Positions 1 through 15,289 of a stretch of 64,000 bases of DNA are shown here, in pieces. The DNA is taken from the NCBI GenBank assembly GCA_964016885.1, contig OZ024741.1, positions 38,068,001 through 38,132,000 on the forward strand. Reading direction: 5' to 3'. The notes under the pieces were generated by a model. It ran no database searches and was not told the origin of the DNA. It was given only the letters and a program-made list of their open reading frames with translations. Both the position numbers and the translations under genes were made by a program. Origin of the DNA: Eledone cirrhosa (lineage: Eukaryota). Every line of letters begins with the position of its first letter. Positions within the stretch are counted from its first letter, which is position 1.

Positions 1-75
1 CAAAATTATCCAATGTACATTGAGAAGGAGGTCGTGTCAGTTTCACGTTTCATTTCGAGTTCATAAGCAAACTTA

Positions 76-272
76 ATTATTGTTTCTACTTTTCGCACAA
101 AGCCAGTGCATTACTGGTATTTTATTTTATCGACCCCGTAAGGATGAACGGCAAAGTTAACCTCGGAAAGGCAAAGTTAACCTGAGATTTGAACTCAGAA
201 CGTAAAGGGCCATAACCCTATGCTGCAAAGCATGGTGTCTGGCGCTCTATCGATACTACAAATTTACAAACT
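76..272 (-). mobile_element. tRNA-derived SINE
   Basis: Reverse complement has B-box-like GAGTTCAAATC, the conserved core 'ctttgcc...tcatccttacggggtcgataaaataaa' and a tail ending in gtagaaacaat; many similar copies in the window. Confidence 0.85.
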
Positions 273-460
273 TAATAATTGTTTCTATTTTAGGCACAAG
301 GCCAGCAATTACCCAGTACATTACTGGTACTTTATTTTATCAACCCCGTAAGGATGAAAGGCAAAGTTAACCTCGGCGGATTTGAACTCAGATCGTAAAG
401 GGATGTAACTATGCTGGAAAGCATGTCCGACCCTCTACCGATACTGCCAATACAAACTTA
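273..460 (-). mobile_element. tRNA-derived SINE, tandem second copy
   Basis: Same core as 76-272; A-box-like TGGCAGTATCGG and B-box GAGTTCAAATCC on the minus strand. Confidence 0.85.
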
Positions 461-745
461 ATAATGTTATCATTATCGTGTTTACAAACATTATTTTGTT
501 TGTATCGATTTATCTGTTTTGTACACTTACATACACATCTACACACACACATGCACCACGCGCACACACACACACACATATATATATGTGTATATATACA
601 TACATACATGCATATATATATATACATGCATACATATATATATATATATAAACTAAATACTAATGTTAACGAAACTTCACCGTTTTTTTCTATCTATCTA
701 TCTATCTATCTATATCTATATCTATATCTATATCTATCTATCTAC

Positions 746-790
<45 letters not shown>

Positions 791-1282
791 ATGTATGAAT
801 ATATATGCCTGTATCTATCTAACTATCAATCTTCTATATATCTTAAATCGTCTATATAGCCACCATCGGTATATCTACAAATATTAAAGCCTCCACGTCT
901 CCCTTCACTTTTGAAGAAACCGTCCACCATATCTAACAATTTGCTGGAAGTAATTGTACGAATTCCATTTTTTTTTCGCATTTGCTGTGACAAAGATTTA
1001 TTTTCTCTGTGTCCAAGAGTCATATGTTTATTTGTTAATAGTTCATCCCTCTTTCTATATATATATATATTCATCCATTTTGTTTGTTCTCTTCTCTCTG
1101 TTTTTTTTTTACTCATGCTTTTTACTTTGTATTTTTCGATTCAATTTCCTTCACATTAACTCTAATACACATAATGTCCAAAATAATTTTTTCTTGACAT
1201 TTTCATATATTTTCTTATTGTATCCTATTATATATATATATGTTTATCTTTTTTTTGCCGCACAACAATGTGCATGTTTGCG

Positions 1283-1336
<54 letters not shown>

Positions 1337-1453
1337 TGTTTGTGTTTGTGTGTGTGTGTGTGTGTGCGTGCGTTTGTGTGTGTGTGTGTATGTATTTATG
1401 TATGTATAGATGCATATGTATGTGTGTGAGTCGTATAACTGCGTGTATGTGAG

Positions 1454-1496
<43 letters not shown>

Positions 1497-1501
<5 letters not shown>

Positions 1502-1670
1502 AACGAGTAGGACCCCGACGGCTGAGCTAACTCTGGACTAAATTTAGTCCAGAATTAGCCGTCGAAACGGTTTGAGCTCAGCCGTCGGGGTCCTACTCGT
1601 TCCTATTACCCACTCTACTACCCTAAGTATTGAGTATGGTCCACCTTGTTTCTTACCACATTTCCTTCGT

Positions 1671-1672
<2 letters not shown>
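1497..1672 (+). mobile_element. Penelope-like pseudo-LTR fragment with inverted 5' piece
   Basis: Homologous to 30780-30921; 1498-1528 is the reverse complement of 1575-1605; flanked by (TA)n. Confidence 0.7.
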
Positions 1673-1709
<37 letters not shown>

Positions 1710-2099
1710 TGAGGGACATAGATTGATAGATAGATAGAATAGATAAATATTACCACCACCATTTCTTTGAGACATATCATTAAACACTCACACATATCTT
1801 CATCATCGATATGTCTTATACTTTAGAAAATAGTTACATGAACTGCGACAATCGTGAATCTCTAGACACTTCTGCATTTAATTGTTTTCTTCTTTAATGT
1901 GAACCCAAACCTACAGGTTCATATACATACATAAATATATGTAAAAACTATATATTCATAATCACCCACACAAATAAGTACATACATACATTCTTGCGAT
2001 TCAAGGGATGACAATTACTTTTCTTTTACAACCTTGCCACCAGGAAGATGGCCGGTCAAAAATGTACTCAAAATTAAGAGAAAGAAAGACATACATACA

Positions 2100-2690
2100 T
2101 ACATGATGATGGCTGCCCCCTCATTATCGAGTATGGCCATTGCATGAGAAAAAAAAATATATATACACATATATATTAATAACAACAATAATAATAATAA
2201 TAATAACAATAATAATAAGGACAACAACAACAATAATAATATACATATATATATATATATACACACACACGCACACACATAAACATATCTATACACACAC
2301 ACGATAGCAACTAACAGCGCTGCGATCGAATGTGGCTTTTTAGCCCAGCCAATGATCTAAAATGTCTTGCACAGAGTCGGCAACCAAAACATTCACTGGG
2401 AATAGCCGGCTGTGCTTGGAGTTCATGTACTTTTGCATATCGTTTGAGCCCTCCTGCTGATTTACATTCTCTACCACATACTTGGTTAGCATGATGAGTA
2501 ACATCTCCAACAGCAGCCTGGTAGTCAACCACTGGTCTTACTTTATGACTGCGAAGATGACTTTCGAGTCCAGCTTTGCTTAGGCAGAGTCTCGCACAGA
2601 CGCTGCATGTCAGCACCATAGGAGGACCCTCGCCGTCTGGAAGTGCAACAGCAATGCCCTTCCTCACATCCCGCTTTACTTTCTCGTATA
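2100..2690 (-). mobile_element. 5'-truncated RTE LINE (C-terminal C2H2 fingers + 3' UTR)
   Basis: YEKVKRDVRKGIAV...[21 protein letters not shown] is nearly identical to the C-terminus of the RTE at 58809-59822; flanked by (TACA)n. Confidence 0.92.
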
Positions 2691-2721
<31 letters not shown>

Positions 2722-3111
2722 CATACATACATACATACATACATACATACATACATACATACATACATACATACATACATGCATGCATACATACACGTAT
2801 GTTTTAGAATACTGAGGCGATTGAAAATTTGAAAATAGAATTATAAGCTTTCACTGTATTTTGATTATAGAAAACAGTCTAATAACTGGGCATGTAAGCC
2901 ACAAAAACAGAAAAGAAAATTGGGCATCAGCATGCGTCGGAATCGAACTTATAGCTCTTATTATCCAGATAATTGTGCTTCGATTACACCATAATTTTCG
3001 TTATGGAGGCTTCTACGCCATGTAGACTATTTTCTGTAGTTAAAATTCTATTTTTTCTCATTTTCATCGTTCCTCCCTCTCTTCATTCTTAATCTTCTCT
3101 TTCTAACATTA

Positions 3112-3147
3112 TCTTCCGATGAAGGATTAATGTCCGAAACGTTAAGA
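3112..3147 (+). ncRNA. Decayed minimal hammerhead ribozyme motif
   Basis: tctt-CCGATGA-a-gga/tcc-GAAA-cg-TT-aaga; core U4 replaced by C. Confidence 0.55.
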
Positions 3148-3254
3148 CTCTTTTCCTACTATTTCAAGCGTTAAACTAATATATTTCTTCAATATATTGT
3201 TGTTTGCTTATATATATTGGGCCTGACGGTGGAATTAACGAACAAATGGCTGAT

Positions 3255-3455
3255 AATATCACAGGCACGTGTACCCTTACTGTAGTTCTCCGTGAAATTC
3301 AGCATTACATAGCGTAGGACTAGGCTGGTCATTTGAATAACAGGTACACCTTGTGGCCAACTTGAAACAGTTCATCGTACTCAAGGGCACGGCTAGTGGC
3401 CAGGAATCGAAAGCGCGAACTTACGATCCGGAGGTGAACGCATTAAGCCATGCAC
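3255..3455 (-). mobile_element. Diverged SINE, second family
   Basis: tRNA-like head 'ccaggaatcgaaagcgcgaacttacgatc', resembling 62585-62715. Confidence 0.5.
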
Positions 3456-3502
3456 CTCTCCACGTATAGATATATACACACCAGCACGTATATAAACATA
3501 CA

Positions 3503-6368
<2,866 letters not shown>

Positions 6369-6897
6369 GGGTGGCTGCCAACTCGTTTTCGAGTACGGCC
6401 ACTACTTTATATCCATGTAGGAGAACCCCTACCGATGCGCTGAACGAGTGTGACTTTTTAGTCCAGCCAGCGACTTGAAAACTCTGGTACAAACACTACA
6501 CTTGTGACAATTACTGACACATAGTGCTGGGCCCATGGTACCATGTGACGACAAGTGCAGAGAGATCTCCAGATATAAAGCAATGCCTGTGCCGTGAAGC
6601 TTTTATAGTGAGCAAAGGCACTGCACAAAGCCAGTCCCACTCTCTTAACCAAGATGATATTTACCAAAAAGAAGAAAAAGTCAACATCATTGGATACCAT
6701 CAGGGTTGCAGGTGTTATATCAGAGTTTTCCTTCTCCTAGAATTCTGCCTTGACAAAGGCTAAGGGGTCATCTCTCCCGGTGATTTTGGATGGCCATTGA
6801 TTCTTAAGAGCTCCTTTGCCCTTTGACAGGTTTTGTTTTTAGTCCTGCAGGATGTCCAAAGTCACCCTCCTCACCAAGAAACCTTGGTAGGGTTGCA
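6369..6897 (-). mobile_element. Non-autonomous RTE-derived short element
   Basis: Matches 60345-60954. Confidence 0.9.
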
Positions 6898-7058
6898 CAT
6901 ACATACCTACCTACATATATACATACATACCTACATATATACATATATACCTACATACCTACATACACACATACATACCTACATATATACATACATACAC
7001 ACATACATACCTACATATATACATACATACACACATACATACCTACATATATACATAC

Positions 7059-7600
7059 ATGGTGGCTGCCAACTCGTTTTCGAGTACGGCCACTACTTTA
7101 TATCCATGTAGGAGAACCCCTACCGATGCGCTGAACGAATGTGACTTTTTAGTCCAGCCAGCGACTTGAAAACTCTGGTACAAAGACTACACTTGTGACC
7201 ATTATTGACACATAGTGCAGGGCCCATGGTACCATGTGATGACAAGTGCAGAGAGATCTCCAGATATAAAGCAATGCCTGTGCTGTGAAGCTTTTATAGT
7301 GAGCAAAGGCACTGCACAAAGCCAGTCCCACTCTCTTAACCAAGATGATATTTACCAAAAAGAAGAACAAGTCAACATCATTGGATACCATCAGGGTTGC
7401 AGGTGTTATATCAGAGTTTTCCTTCTCCTAGAATTCTGCCTTGACAAAGGCTAAGGGGTCATCTCTCCCGGTGATTTTGGATGGCTATTGAGTCTTAAGA
7501 GCTCCCTTGCCCTTTGACAGGTTTTGTTTTTAGTCCTGCAGGATGTCCAAAGTCACCCTCCTCACCAAGAAACCTTGGTAGGGTTGCCAGTTTAGTCGAC
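7059..7600 (-). mobile_element. Non-autonomous RTE-derived short element
   Basis: Matches 60345-60954. Confidence 0.9.
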
Positions 7601-7958
7601 ACATACATACCTACATACACACATACATACATACCTACATACCTACATACACACATACATACCTACATATATACATACATACACACATACCTCATATATA
7701 CATACATACACACATACATACCTACATATATACATACATACCTACATATATACATACATACCTACACATACCTACATACATACATACACATAACTACATA
7801 TATACATACTTACCTACATACACACCTACATATGTACATACCTACCTACACACATGCATACATACACAGACAAAAAGGTGCAAACTGTTTAAATTCCAGT
7901 TAACCCACACCACCTCAACCCACCCCCATCACCCCCATTTCAGACCTCCAATAACATT

Positions 7959-8341
7959 TCAATATTTCAACTTCTCTTTGGAGGTGGAAGGTTGCTCCAG
8001 CTCGGTCTCATACTCTATTGTCACTTTTGGACGTCTTTTTGACATTTTCTTTGTTTTTCCTTCGTGATGTTCTGCTGATAACGATGATGGTGCTTGCTTC
8101 CGTTTCTTATCTTTCCCGCCCGTCGTTGCTAACGTCAACCCTGGTACCTTGTTGTCATTGACGACATCTCCTTCATCACTGCTAGAGTTGTAATCACTCA
8201 ACCGAAGATCCTCAAGATCTTCAATGTCACTCTCTTCAAATTCATTGTAAGGAACATACTCCACATAACCAGAGGTACTCGCATCACCTTTCTCCTTCTC
8301 CAACTCCTCTTCTACCTCCTTTGCAATCCGCCTACGCTGTC
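7959..8341 (-). CDS. MAK16: Terminal coding exon of a MAK16 homolog (60S ribosome biogenesis factor)
   Basis: Acidic tract 'VEYV...EFEESDIEDLED', 'LSAEHHEGK' and 'KRRPKVTIEYETELE' recall the MAK16 C-terminus; TGA at 7959-7961; candidate acceptor AG at 8343-8342. Confidence 0.82.
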
Positions 8342-8757
8342 CTACATACATACATACATACAAATATACATATATACATACCTATATACAAAAACACATA
8401 ATAGAAATTGAAATATATTCTGAATCAGCATGAGTAGAAGCGTCAGCCTGTGTATGTATTATATCGGATCTAAGCAGCAGAAACAACACAGTACAACTGT
8501 CCAGGAAAATGTGATTAACTGGCTAACGATACAAACTCATGCTGTAATAAATCAATACAGTGTGATTTGAAGTGAGGTGTGAAGTCACAAGGGCTATTGT
8601 ATTCTCTCTTTCTCTCGTCTGTTGTGTCAGCATGTCAGTTTAACCAAATCCTTCATGACTTCACTGACCGCCGCCATACAGCTGGTGTCAACACATTTCA
8701 CTACTAAAACCAAAATGCGAAAAATACTACAAGACGTTGAACAATCTCCAACAACTG

Positions 8758-9355
8758 CGCCACCACCATCACCACCACCACCACTAACAACAACGACACC
8801 ACCACCGCCAGCACCACCACCACTAACAACACCAACACCACCACTACTAGCAGCAGCAGCAGCAGCACCACCACCACTAACAACAACACCACTAACAACA
8901 CCACCACCACCACCACCACCACCACCACCACTAACATCAACAACAACAACGCCACTAACAACACCACCAGCACCACCACCACGGCCGACGCCTCCACCAC
9001 GGCCGACGCCACCATCACGGCTGACACCACAACTACTACCACTAACAACAACACCACCACTAACAACACCACCAGCACCTCAGCACCACCACCACCACCA
9101 CGGCCAACACCACCACTACCACCACCACTAACACCACCACTAACAACACCACCACCACCACGGCCAACACCACCAACACCACCACCATCACCACCACCAC
9201 CACCACCACCACCACTAACAACACCACCACCACCACCACCACCACTAACAACACCACCACCAACACCACTAACAACAACAACACCACTAACAGCACCACC
9301 AGCACCACATCACCACTAACACCACCTCCACCACCACCAGCACCACTAACAACGG
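8758..9355. repeat. (CAC/ACC/ACA)n low-complexity repeat
   Basis: Direct reading; gives Pro/Thr/His or Val-rich ORFs in several frames. Confidence 0.85.
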
Positions 9356-9388
9356 CATCAATAAATAAAGTGTATTTAGTGTACATGT

Positions 9389-9435
<47 letters not shown>

Positions 9436-9531
9436 GCGATGGTAATAATACCGGTAGATCATTTTTCTGAATCCTATATCTTATTTACTCTAAGGTTACT
9501 CTCAGGTCACATCTGAAAATATCGAATGTCT

Positions 9532-9567
<36 letters not shown>

Positions 9568-9673
9568 TTATCTATTTATCTATCGATTTATATGTCTATC
9601 TATCTGTCTATCTGTCTATCTGTCTGTCTGTTTGTCTGCCTGTCTGTCCGTTTGTCTATCTATTTATACACGC

Positions 9674-9735
<62 letters not shown>

Positions 9736-10848
9736 ACTTATATATATATATAAGTTGGTATCACCAACACTTTCATGCTTTGTACCGAACACCAAGCAAA
9801 CCTTACATATAGAACTTACCATTTTAACGATCTTATACACATCTACAAAAACGCACACATGGCATACACACACACGAGTCTCCCCACTCTCTCTCTCTCT
9901 TTCTCTCTCTTTTACATATTCACACGTTGATATTTCTTAAATATTAACGTAACCTGTTTCGATACATCTTTGCTACTTGGCTTCTCTACAGAGAAACGAG
10001 TAAACATTACTTTTTCCTTCTTTTGAAATAATTAGATTTATTGAAAAATATAAGAAATTTACAATTCTTCAATGTTTGCAATAAAACAAACAACAACGCA
10101 AAAAATAACGATAAAGAAATATAAACAAATTAAATAGCGAACGTAACGGACAGAGGGTGGGAAACAGAAGACTCCAGACCCCAGTCTAGGGTACCAGTTT
10201 AGATTACAGAAAGAGTAACAGAATGTTACAATGTTTTACTTAAACATAAGTGTCCAAGTGCCGCCAATGCTAACGGTAATAGCATTGAGTCATAATATAA
10301 TAAAAGGAGGAGTGCGTGACTGCGTCATGAATATATTTTTATCTCTTTTGTAAAATAAGTTGAATTACTTTGAATAAATAATTGAATAAATAATGAATGA
10401 TTATTACATACTTTATGTACTAAACTTTGTAACTCTTGATTAAATATAAATCATTATATTTATATTGCTTATTTAAAGATTCGCTTCTTTAACATTTTCG
10501 AATGTCAATACTTCCGATTATAGTCCGTTATATTATAACACTTATTACATCGCTTATATAAACATTCATATATTTGCATCGTTTTATAAGGTATATATTT
10601 CCGACGCTAATTTTCTCCTAATGCAGTTTATATATAATATCGTCTTTTTTAAATGTATCATGAATTACTTTACTGATTACAGAAGACAGTGTTACACAGT
10701 CTCTCTTCAATTTCTGTGCATATTCTCAATTACGATTTTATTTGACGTGTCATATCTAAATGCATATATCTTTGCGTATAATATCAATATGCACACTACA
10801 CATGCTAGCAGAAAACCACCGGAAGGGTGGTTTATCTGCCAGTATATA

Positions 10849-11040
10849 TAATTGTTTCTACTATTGGCACAAGGCCAGCAATTATCCCAGTGCATTACTG
10901 GTACTTTATTTCATCGACACCGTAAGGAGGAAAGGCAAAGTTAACCTCGGCGTGATATGAACTCAGACCATAAAGGGACATAACTCTATGGTGCAAAGCA
11001 TGGCGTCCGATCCTCTATCGATACTGCCAATCCACCGCCC
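10849..11040 (-). mobile_element. tRNA-derived SINE
   Basis: Full-length copy of the 273-460 family. Confidence 0.85.
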
Positions 11041-11119
11041 TACTATTATACTCTTTTACTCTTTTACCTGTTTCAGCCATCCGGCTGAGGCCATGCTGGG
11101 GCACCGCCCTATATATAAT

Positions 11120-11390
11120 GTTTAGAGTTACTATGGGCATGTGGTTTGAATGTCTCAGGAAAGAATCGCTGGATAGATTTTACGGGCAAAACCAACCAGT
11201 AGGAGACCCAGGGGTAGACCCCGAGCAAGATGGTTGGATTAACATCCATGAGCTTGACTGGTTATGCTTGGGAATCCAGCCTGATCAGTTGGAGACGGTT
11301 GCCTCTGACAGGATCCGCTGGAAGAAATATTTGAGGACTCTTCCCCATGAATCTCCCAGGAATACATGGGCGAATAATAATAATAATAAT
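11120..11390 (+). mobile_element. 3' fragment of an RTE-clade LINE (different family) with (AAT)n tail
   Basis: Two frames give YGHVVRMSQERIA..ILRAKPTSRRPRGRPRARWLD and ...LETVASDRIRWKKYL, typical of the RTE C-terminus. Confidence 0.7.
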
Positions 11391-11580
11391 AATTGTTTCT
11401 ACTTTTGGCACACGGCCAGAAAGTACCCAGTACATTACTGGTACTTTATTTTATCGACCCCGTAAGGATGAAAGGCAAAGTCAACCTCGGCGGGATTTGA
11501 ACTCAGATCGTTAAGGAACGTAACTATACTGGAAAGCATGGCGTCCGACCCTCTACCGATACTGCTAATCCACCGCCTTT
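11389..11580 (-). mobile_element. tRNA-derived SINE
   Basis: Full-length copy; B-box GAGTTCAAATCCC on the minus strand. Confidence 0.85.
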
Positions 11581-11581
11581 A

Positions 11582-11627
<46 letters not shown>

Positions 11628-11869
11628 TTTTCTTTATTAACCACAAGGGTTCACATAAAGTAGACATTAAGGACAGTACAGGACAATACAGGACGGTACA
11701 AATGGGCATTTCTGCGTGTAAAAAAACAGAGGTTGAAATAAAATAACAAAGAAAAATTCCCCAATAGGGGGGAGACTTCCAAGGGACATTTGTGGAGAAA
11801 GCCCATTAAAAGACCACAGTGGCCCTGACCACCAGGGCAAGTGCCCTCTCCCAGTTTTCCACCTTTAAT

Positions 11870-14800
11870 TTACAGACACATACTCAGAGTAGGCCCATTC
11901 ATTCGGGCCATACTTGCTTCTCTCACCCATCTTTCAACAAAATGCTGGGAAGAGAGCACTTCCCTCTCTACCCTGATTTTCCTTTTCAAATGAAATTTGA
12001 AAAAGTTAATCAGGGCATCACCGAAGAGGTAAGTGCTCGTCTTCAGCCCTTTCAAACGTGTCCACCATACTATCTCTTTCGCCATGGCCACCAGACAGAT
12101 AAAAACTGCCTGCCCTTCCAGGCTAAAGGAAGGGGGCGGGGCAATACTCACGATGGACTCAGCTGATAGCTGGATAGGTCCTACACGTGACAGCAGGTGT
12201 TCGACATAAACCCACAAGTCAGCAATGCTCGGACACTGGACGAGTGCGTGCAGGACGGTTTCGTCGCCCTGCGCACATCTCGGACATGCCCGGCTGACGG
12301 CACCTCCATGCCTGTAGAGTTTATCCCGAACTGGCAAAGCTCCTCGGTAGCACTGCCAGGCCAGGGATTTCTGGAAGTTGTCCATAGGCCCCGGCCCGAA
12401 AGTCCTTCCGAAGAGATTGGCTAGTTGATTTTCGTCGACGCCTAGAGTTTCTCCAAGTACGTCGTCGCTCTTCCCCTCCACTAATCCCCTATAGAACGCC
12501 AAGGTGGAGTTTCCACCGATCACATTGCCCGATTGGTCGAGGGCTGTGAGCGCCTGAAGACATTCCAGTCTCCAAGCGCTCCCTCTCGGTCTTCGCTTGA
12601 CCCAGGACTGCAGCTCCGTCAAGGAGACGAGCTGGGGAAAAACGTGTCTTGCAAACGGCGACCACACCTGATCACCGTCGAGGAAGAGGTGGAGATGTCG
12701 TAGCCTGAGCGCGTGTCTGCGCATCATCAGCCACGGCATGCCCAGCCCTCCACGTAGCGGGTGTTGACAGCAGATGGACCGCCTGACCATCGGAGCGCGT
12801 CCCTTCCACAAGAAGCGAAAGCGCAAACGCTCCAGCGCAGTCAGGCGGGGCTTAGGACAAGGTACGACGGTCAGGCGGTAGTAGATGACGGATGCGATGT
12901 ACGCATTCGCCACCTCCGCTCGACCTTTCAGGGATAGATTCCTCTCGGCCCATTTCTGGGTGAGAGAAGCCACCCTGCTCGTCACCTCGTCCCAGTTTTT
13001 GTCCGTCTGGAGGTCTGGACCGAACCAGACCCCTAGCAATTTAACCGGTCCGTCCGTCCAGCGCCCGATGACGCTGTTGGACGGCATGGACCTGCCTCTC
13101 CAGGTGCCGAGCTGCAGGCCCACTGACTTTTCCTGGTTGATCATTGCTCCTGTCACCGCTTCGTATTCTCTTAGTGTAGTGCCGATCGCCTCGATGTGTT
13201 TGGCGTTCGACACCACTACGGTGACATCGTCGGCATATGCTGACACGGATCTTCCGCATCCTAGTTCGCGCGGGACCTCCCTCAACGTCTCCAGTTTGTG
13301 CAGTAATGGCTCGAGAGTCAATACGTACAATAGGGACGAGAGGGAACATCCTTGGCGGACCGAGCGCATGATGTTGAACGGTTCCGAAAGGTGACCGTTC
13401 ACTCTCACTACAGAGCAGATGTCGCTGTGCATGGCAGCGATCCAGCCTCTGAAGACGGGCCCAAAGCCAGCCGCCCTCAGGACTGCCGCTAGGTAACGAT
13501 GGTCGACCCTATCGAAGGCTTTCGACTGATCTAAATTGATCAAAGACCCACCCGTGCCAGGTTCCCTAGCTACCCTCTCTACGATGTATCGCATGAGGTG
13601 GAGGTTGTCGTGGATGGATCTGTCGGGAATGGCGCATGTCTGTGCCTCTCCCACCAGACCACCAACGACAAGCGCCAACCTCTTTGCTAGCACCTTGGCC
13701 AAAATCTTGAACTCTGTGTTTAGCAGAGTTATGGGCCTAAAATTATCTATGTTATCCCCCTTGTTCGGATCCTTTCTCAGCAGCGCCACCGCTCCTCGGC
13801 TCACAGAGCTGGGAATTCTCCCGTTCTGTTGCCAGTTGCAGTAGACGTCCGCCAAGAGGCCTCCGAACAAGTTTGGCATTTGTACGTAAAGTTCATAGGG
13901 CAGACCATCCAAACCAGGCGATTTGCCCCTTGTGCAACTAGTCATTGCATCCCGTACTTCAGCGGTTGTTATCGGCTTTTCGCAACACTCCGCCTCAGTG
14001 GCCGAAAGCCGCGGCAGTCCGTCGAGGTAGACACTAAAGTCCATCCCTCGATCCGGCCCGCCACTGCCCCCGAACAGTTGAGCGAAGTGTCGCTGAAAAG
14101 CTTCACACATTTGCCCGGGATCGAGTAGCATGCGCCCGTCGTGGTCCACCAAAGACCGGATCGTGGCTTTGTTGCCACGACGCGCCTCCGCCACTCGGGC
14201 CCATTGAACGGCTTTCGTCCCCTCGTGTCTGAGAGCACGCACCCTAGCTCTGACAACGCAGCCTTCGTGCTTTGCATTGAAGAATTGGTCAAGGGCCAAT
14301 TTCGCCGCAAGTACGTCGGTCGCGATGCCTTTGCTAAGCGCCTCATCTAATTTTCTAACTAATTCTCCCTCTGCTCTATTTTTCTCTATTGCTAAAGCCT
14401 TACTAAACCTAATGGACTCTATTCTAATTGCTCTTCTCAGAGCAAACCACCACTTGTTGTTGACGATGGCCCCCGTCAACGCCCGCTTAACTAGTTCGCT
14501 AATCCGGTCTCTGTAGGCCTTGCGCGCTGGTAAGGACGCGTTTAGCTTCCAGTAGCCGGGTCCTCGTCTATGAAGCCTATCTAAGTCAAGCACACAGATC
14601 ACGAATTTGTGGTCCGTGTAGCTGACTATCTTGAATTGTGGACAGCCTATGCTAGACCTATCTATTTCCCTACAAAATACTCTATCTAGATATGATCTGG
14701 ATGACCCTATGCGATTTGTCCAAGTCCACATTGGTACATTCGGGAAATCCATTCGGTACCTGTCAAACAGTTCAAAACGTCTGAGCAGGTTGGTGAGACT

Positions 14801-15289
14801 CTTGCACCCTCCTTCCCTATCCACTAATCCCACACAATCCCAGCGTGCATCTAAGATCCCGTTCCGGTCGCCCACTAACACTAAAGAGCGGGACGTTCCA
14901 AGAAAGGTCTCCAGACGCCGGAAGAAATCAGGCCGCCCTGCTCCTGTCGGAGCATAGACGGCCACTAACCTGAAAGCTTGCCCGTCTCCGCTGGTCACGT
15001 CCAGCACCACCAACTTACCTTCTGGGTCCAGGAAGATGGCCCGTATGGCAAGATCCAAACCTCTCCGAAAAAGAACAGCAACTCCTCCCCCCGATCCCGG
15101 ACGGCTGGGAGATGCGTACACATCGTAGCCGCCGAAGATCGGTGCGAAAGCCTGTGCTTCGGAGATTCTGGTCTCGCTGATGGCCACTACATCTATGTTT
15201 AGTGACCTGAGGTCGTTGAGCAGGTGGCCCTGCTTCCATGACGACCCCAAGCCACACGCATTTATGCTGCCTATTCTGAGTGAGGTCAT
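11870..15289 (-). CDS. ORF2: APE endonuclease + reverse transcriptase + C-terminal Zn-binding motif
   Basis: Uninterrupted 1139 aa; SINACGL, ISET, SYLDR, TDH (EN); KSPGLDG, FRPITLLN, DQSKAFD, QG, YADD (RT); CPRC..ETVLHALVQC. Confidence 0.95.
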   Translation of the reverse strand: MTSLRIGSINACGLGSSWKQGHLLNDLRSLNIDVVAISETRISEAQAFAPIFGGYDVYASPSRPGSGGGVAVLFRRGLDLAIRAIFLDPEGKLVVLDVTSGDGQAFRLVAVYAPTGAGRPDFFRRLETFLGTSRSLVLVGDRNGILDARWDCVGLVDREGGCKSLTNLLRRFELFDRYRMDFPNVPMWTWTNRIGSSRSYLDRVFCREIDRSSIGCPQFKIVSYTDHKFVICVLDLDRLHRRGPGYWKLNASLPARKAYRDRISELVKRALTGAIVNNKWWFALRRAIRIESIRFSKALAIEKNRAEGELVRKLDEALSKGIATDVLAAKLALDQFFNAKHEGCVVRARVRALRHEGTKAVQWARVAEARRGNKATIRSLVDHDGRMLLDPGQMCEAFQRHFAQLFGGSGGPDRGMDFSVYLDGLPRLSATEAECCEKPITTAEVRDAMTSCTRGKSPGLDGLPYELYVQMPNLFGGLLADVYCNWQQNGRIPSSVSRGAVALLRKDPNKGDNIDNFRPITLLNTEFKILAKVLAKRLALVVGGLVGEAQTCAIPDRSIHDNLHLMRYIVERVAREPGTGGSLINLDQSKAFDRVDHRYLAAVLRAAGFGPVFRGWIAAMHSDICSVVRVNGHLSEPFNIMRSVRQGCSLSSLLYVLTLEPLLHKLETLREVPRELGCGRSVSAYADDVTVVVSNAKHIEAIGTTLREYEAVTGAMINQEKSVGLQLGTWRGRSMPSNSVIGRWTDGPVKLLGVWFGPDLQTDKNWDEVTSRVASLTQKWAERNLSLKGRAEVANAYIASVIYYRLTVVPCPKPRLTALERLRFRFLWKGRAPMVRRSICCQHPLRGGLGMPWLMMRRHALRLRHLHLFLDGDQVWSPFARHVFPQLVSLTELQSWVKRRPRGSAWRLECLQALTALDQSGNVIGGNSTLAFYRGLVEGKSDDVLGETLGVDENQLANLFGRTFGPGPMDNFQKSLAWQCYRGALPVRDKLYRHGGAVSRACPRCAQGDETVLHALVQCPSIADLWVYVEHLLSRVGPIQLSAESIVSIAPPPSFSLEGQAVFICLVAMAKEIVWWTRLKGLKTSTYLFGDALINFFKFHLKRKIRVEREVLSSQHFVERWVREASMARMNGPTLSMCL

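Noticed and set aside
6458-6763. Recurrent 79-81 aa ORFs (MVSNDVDL..., MLGPWYHV...)
   Set aside because: They recur only because the short RTE-derived element is repeated; no recognisable domain
8622-9386. Pro/Thr/His-rich ORFs resembling extensin or formin
   Set aside because: Trinucleotide low-complexity repeat with no splice or domain support
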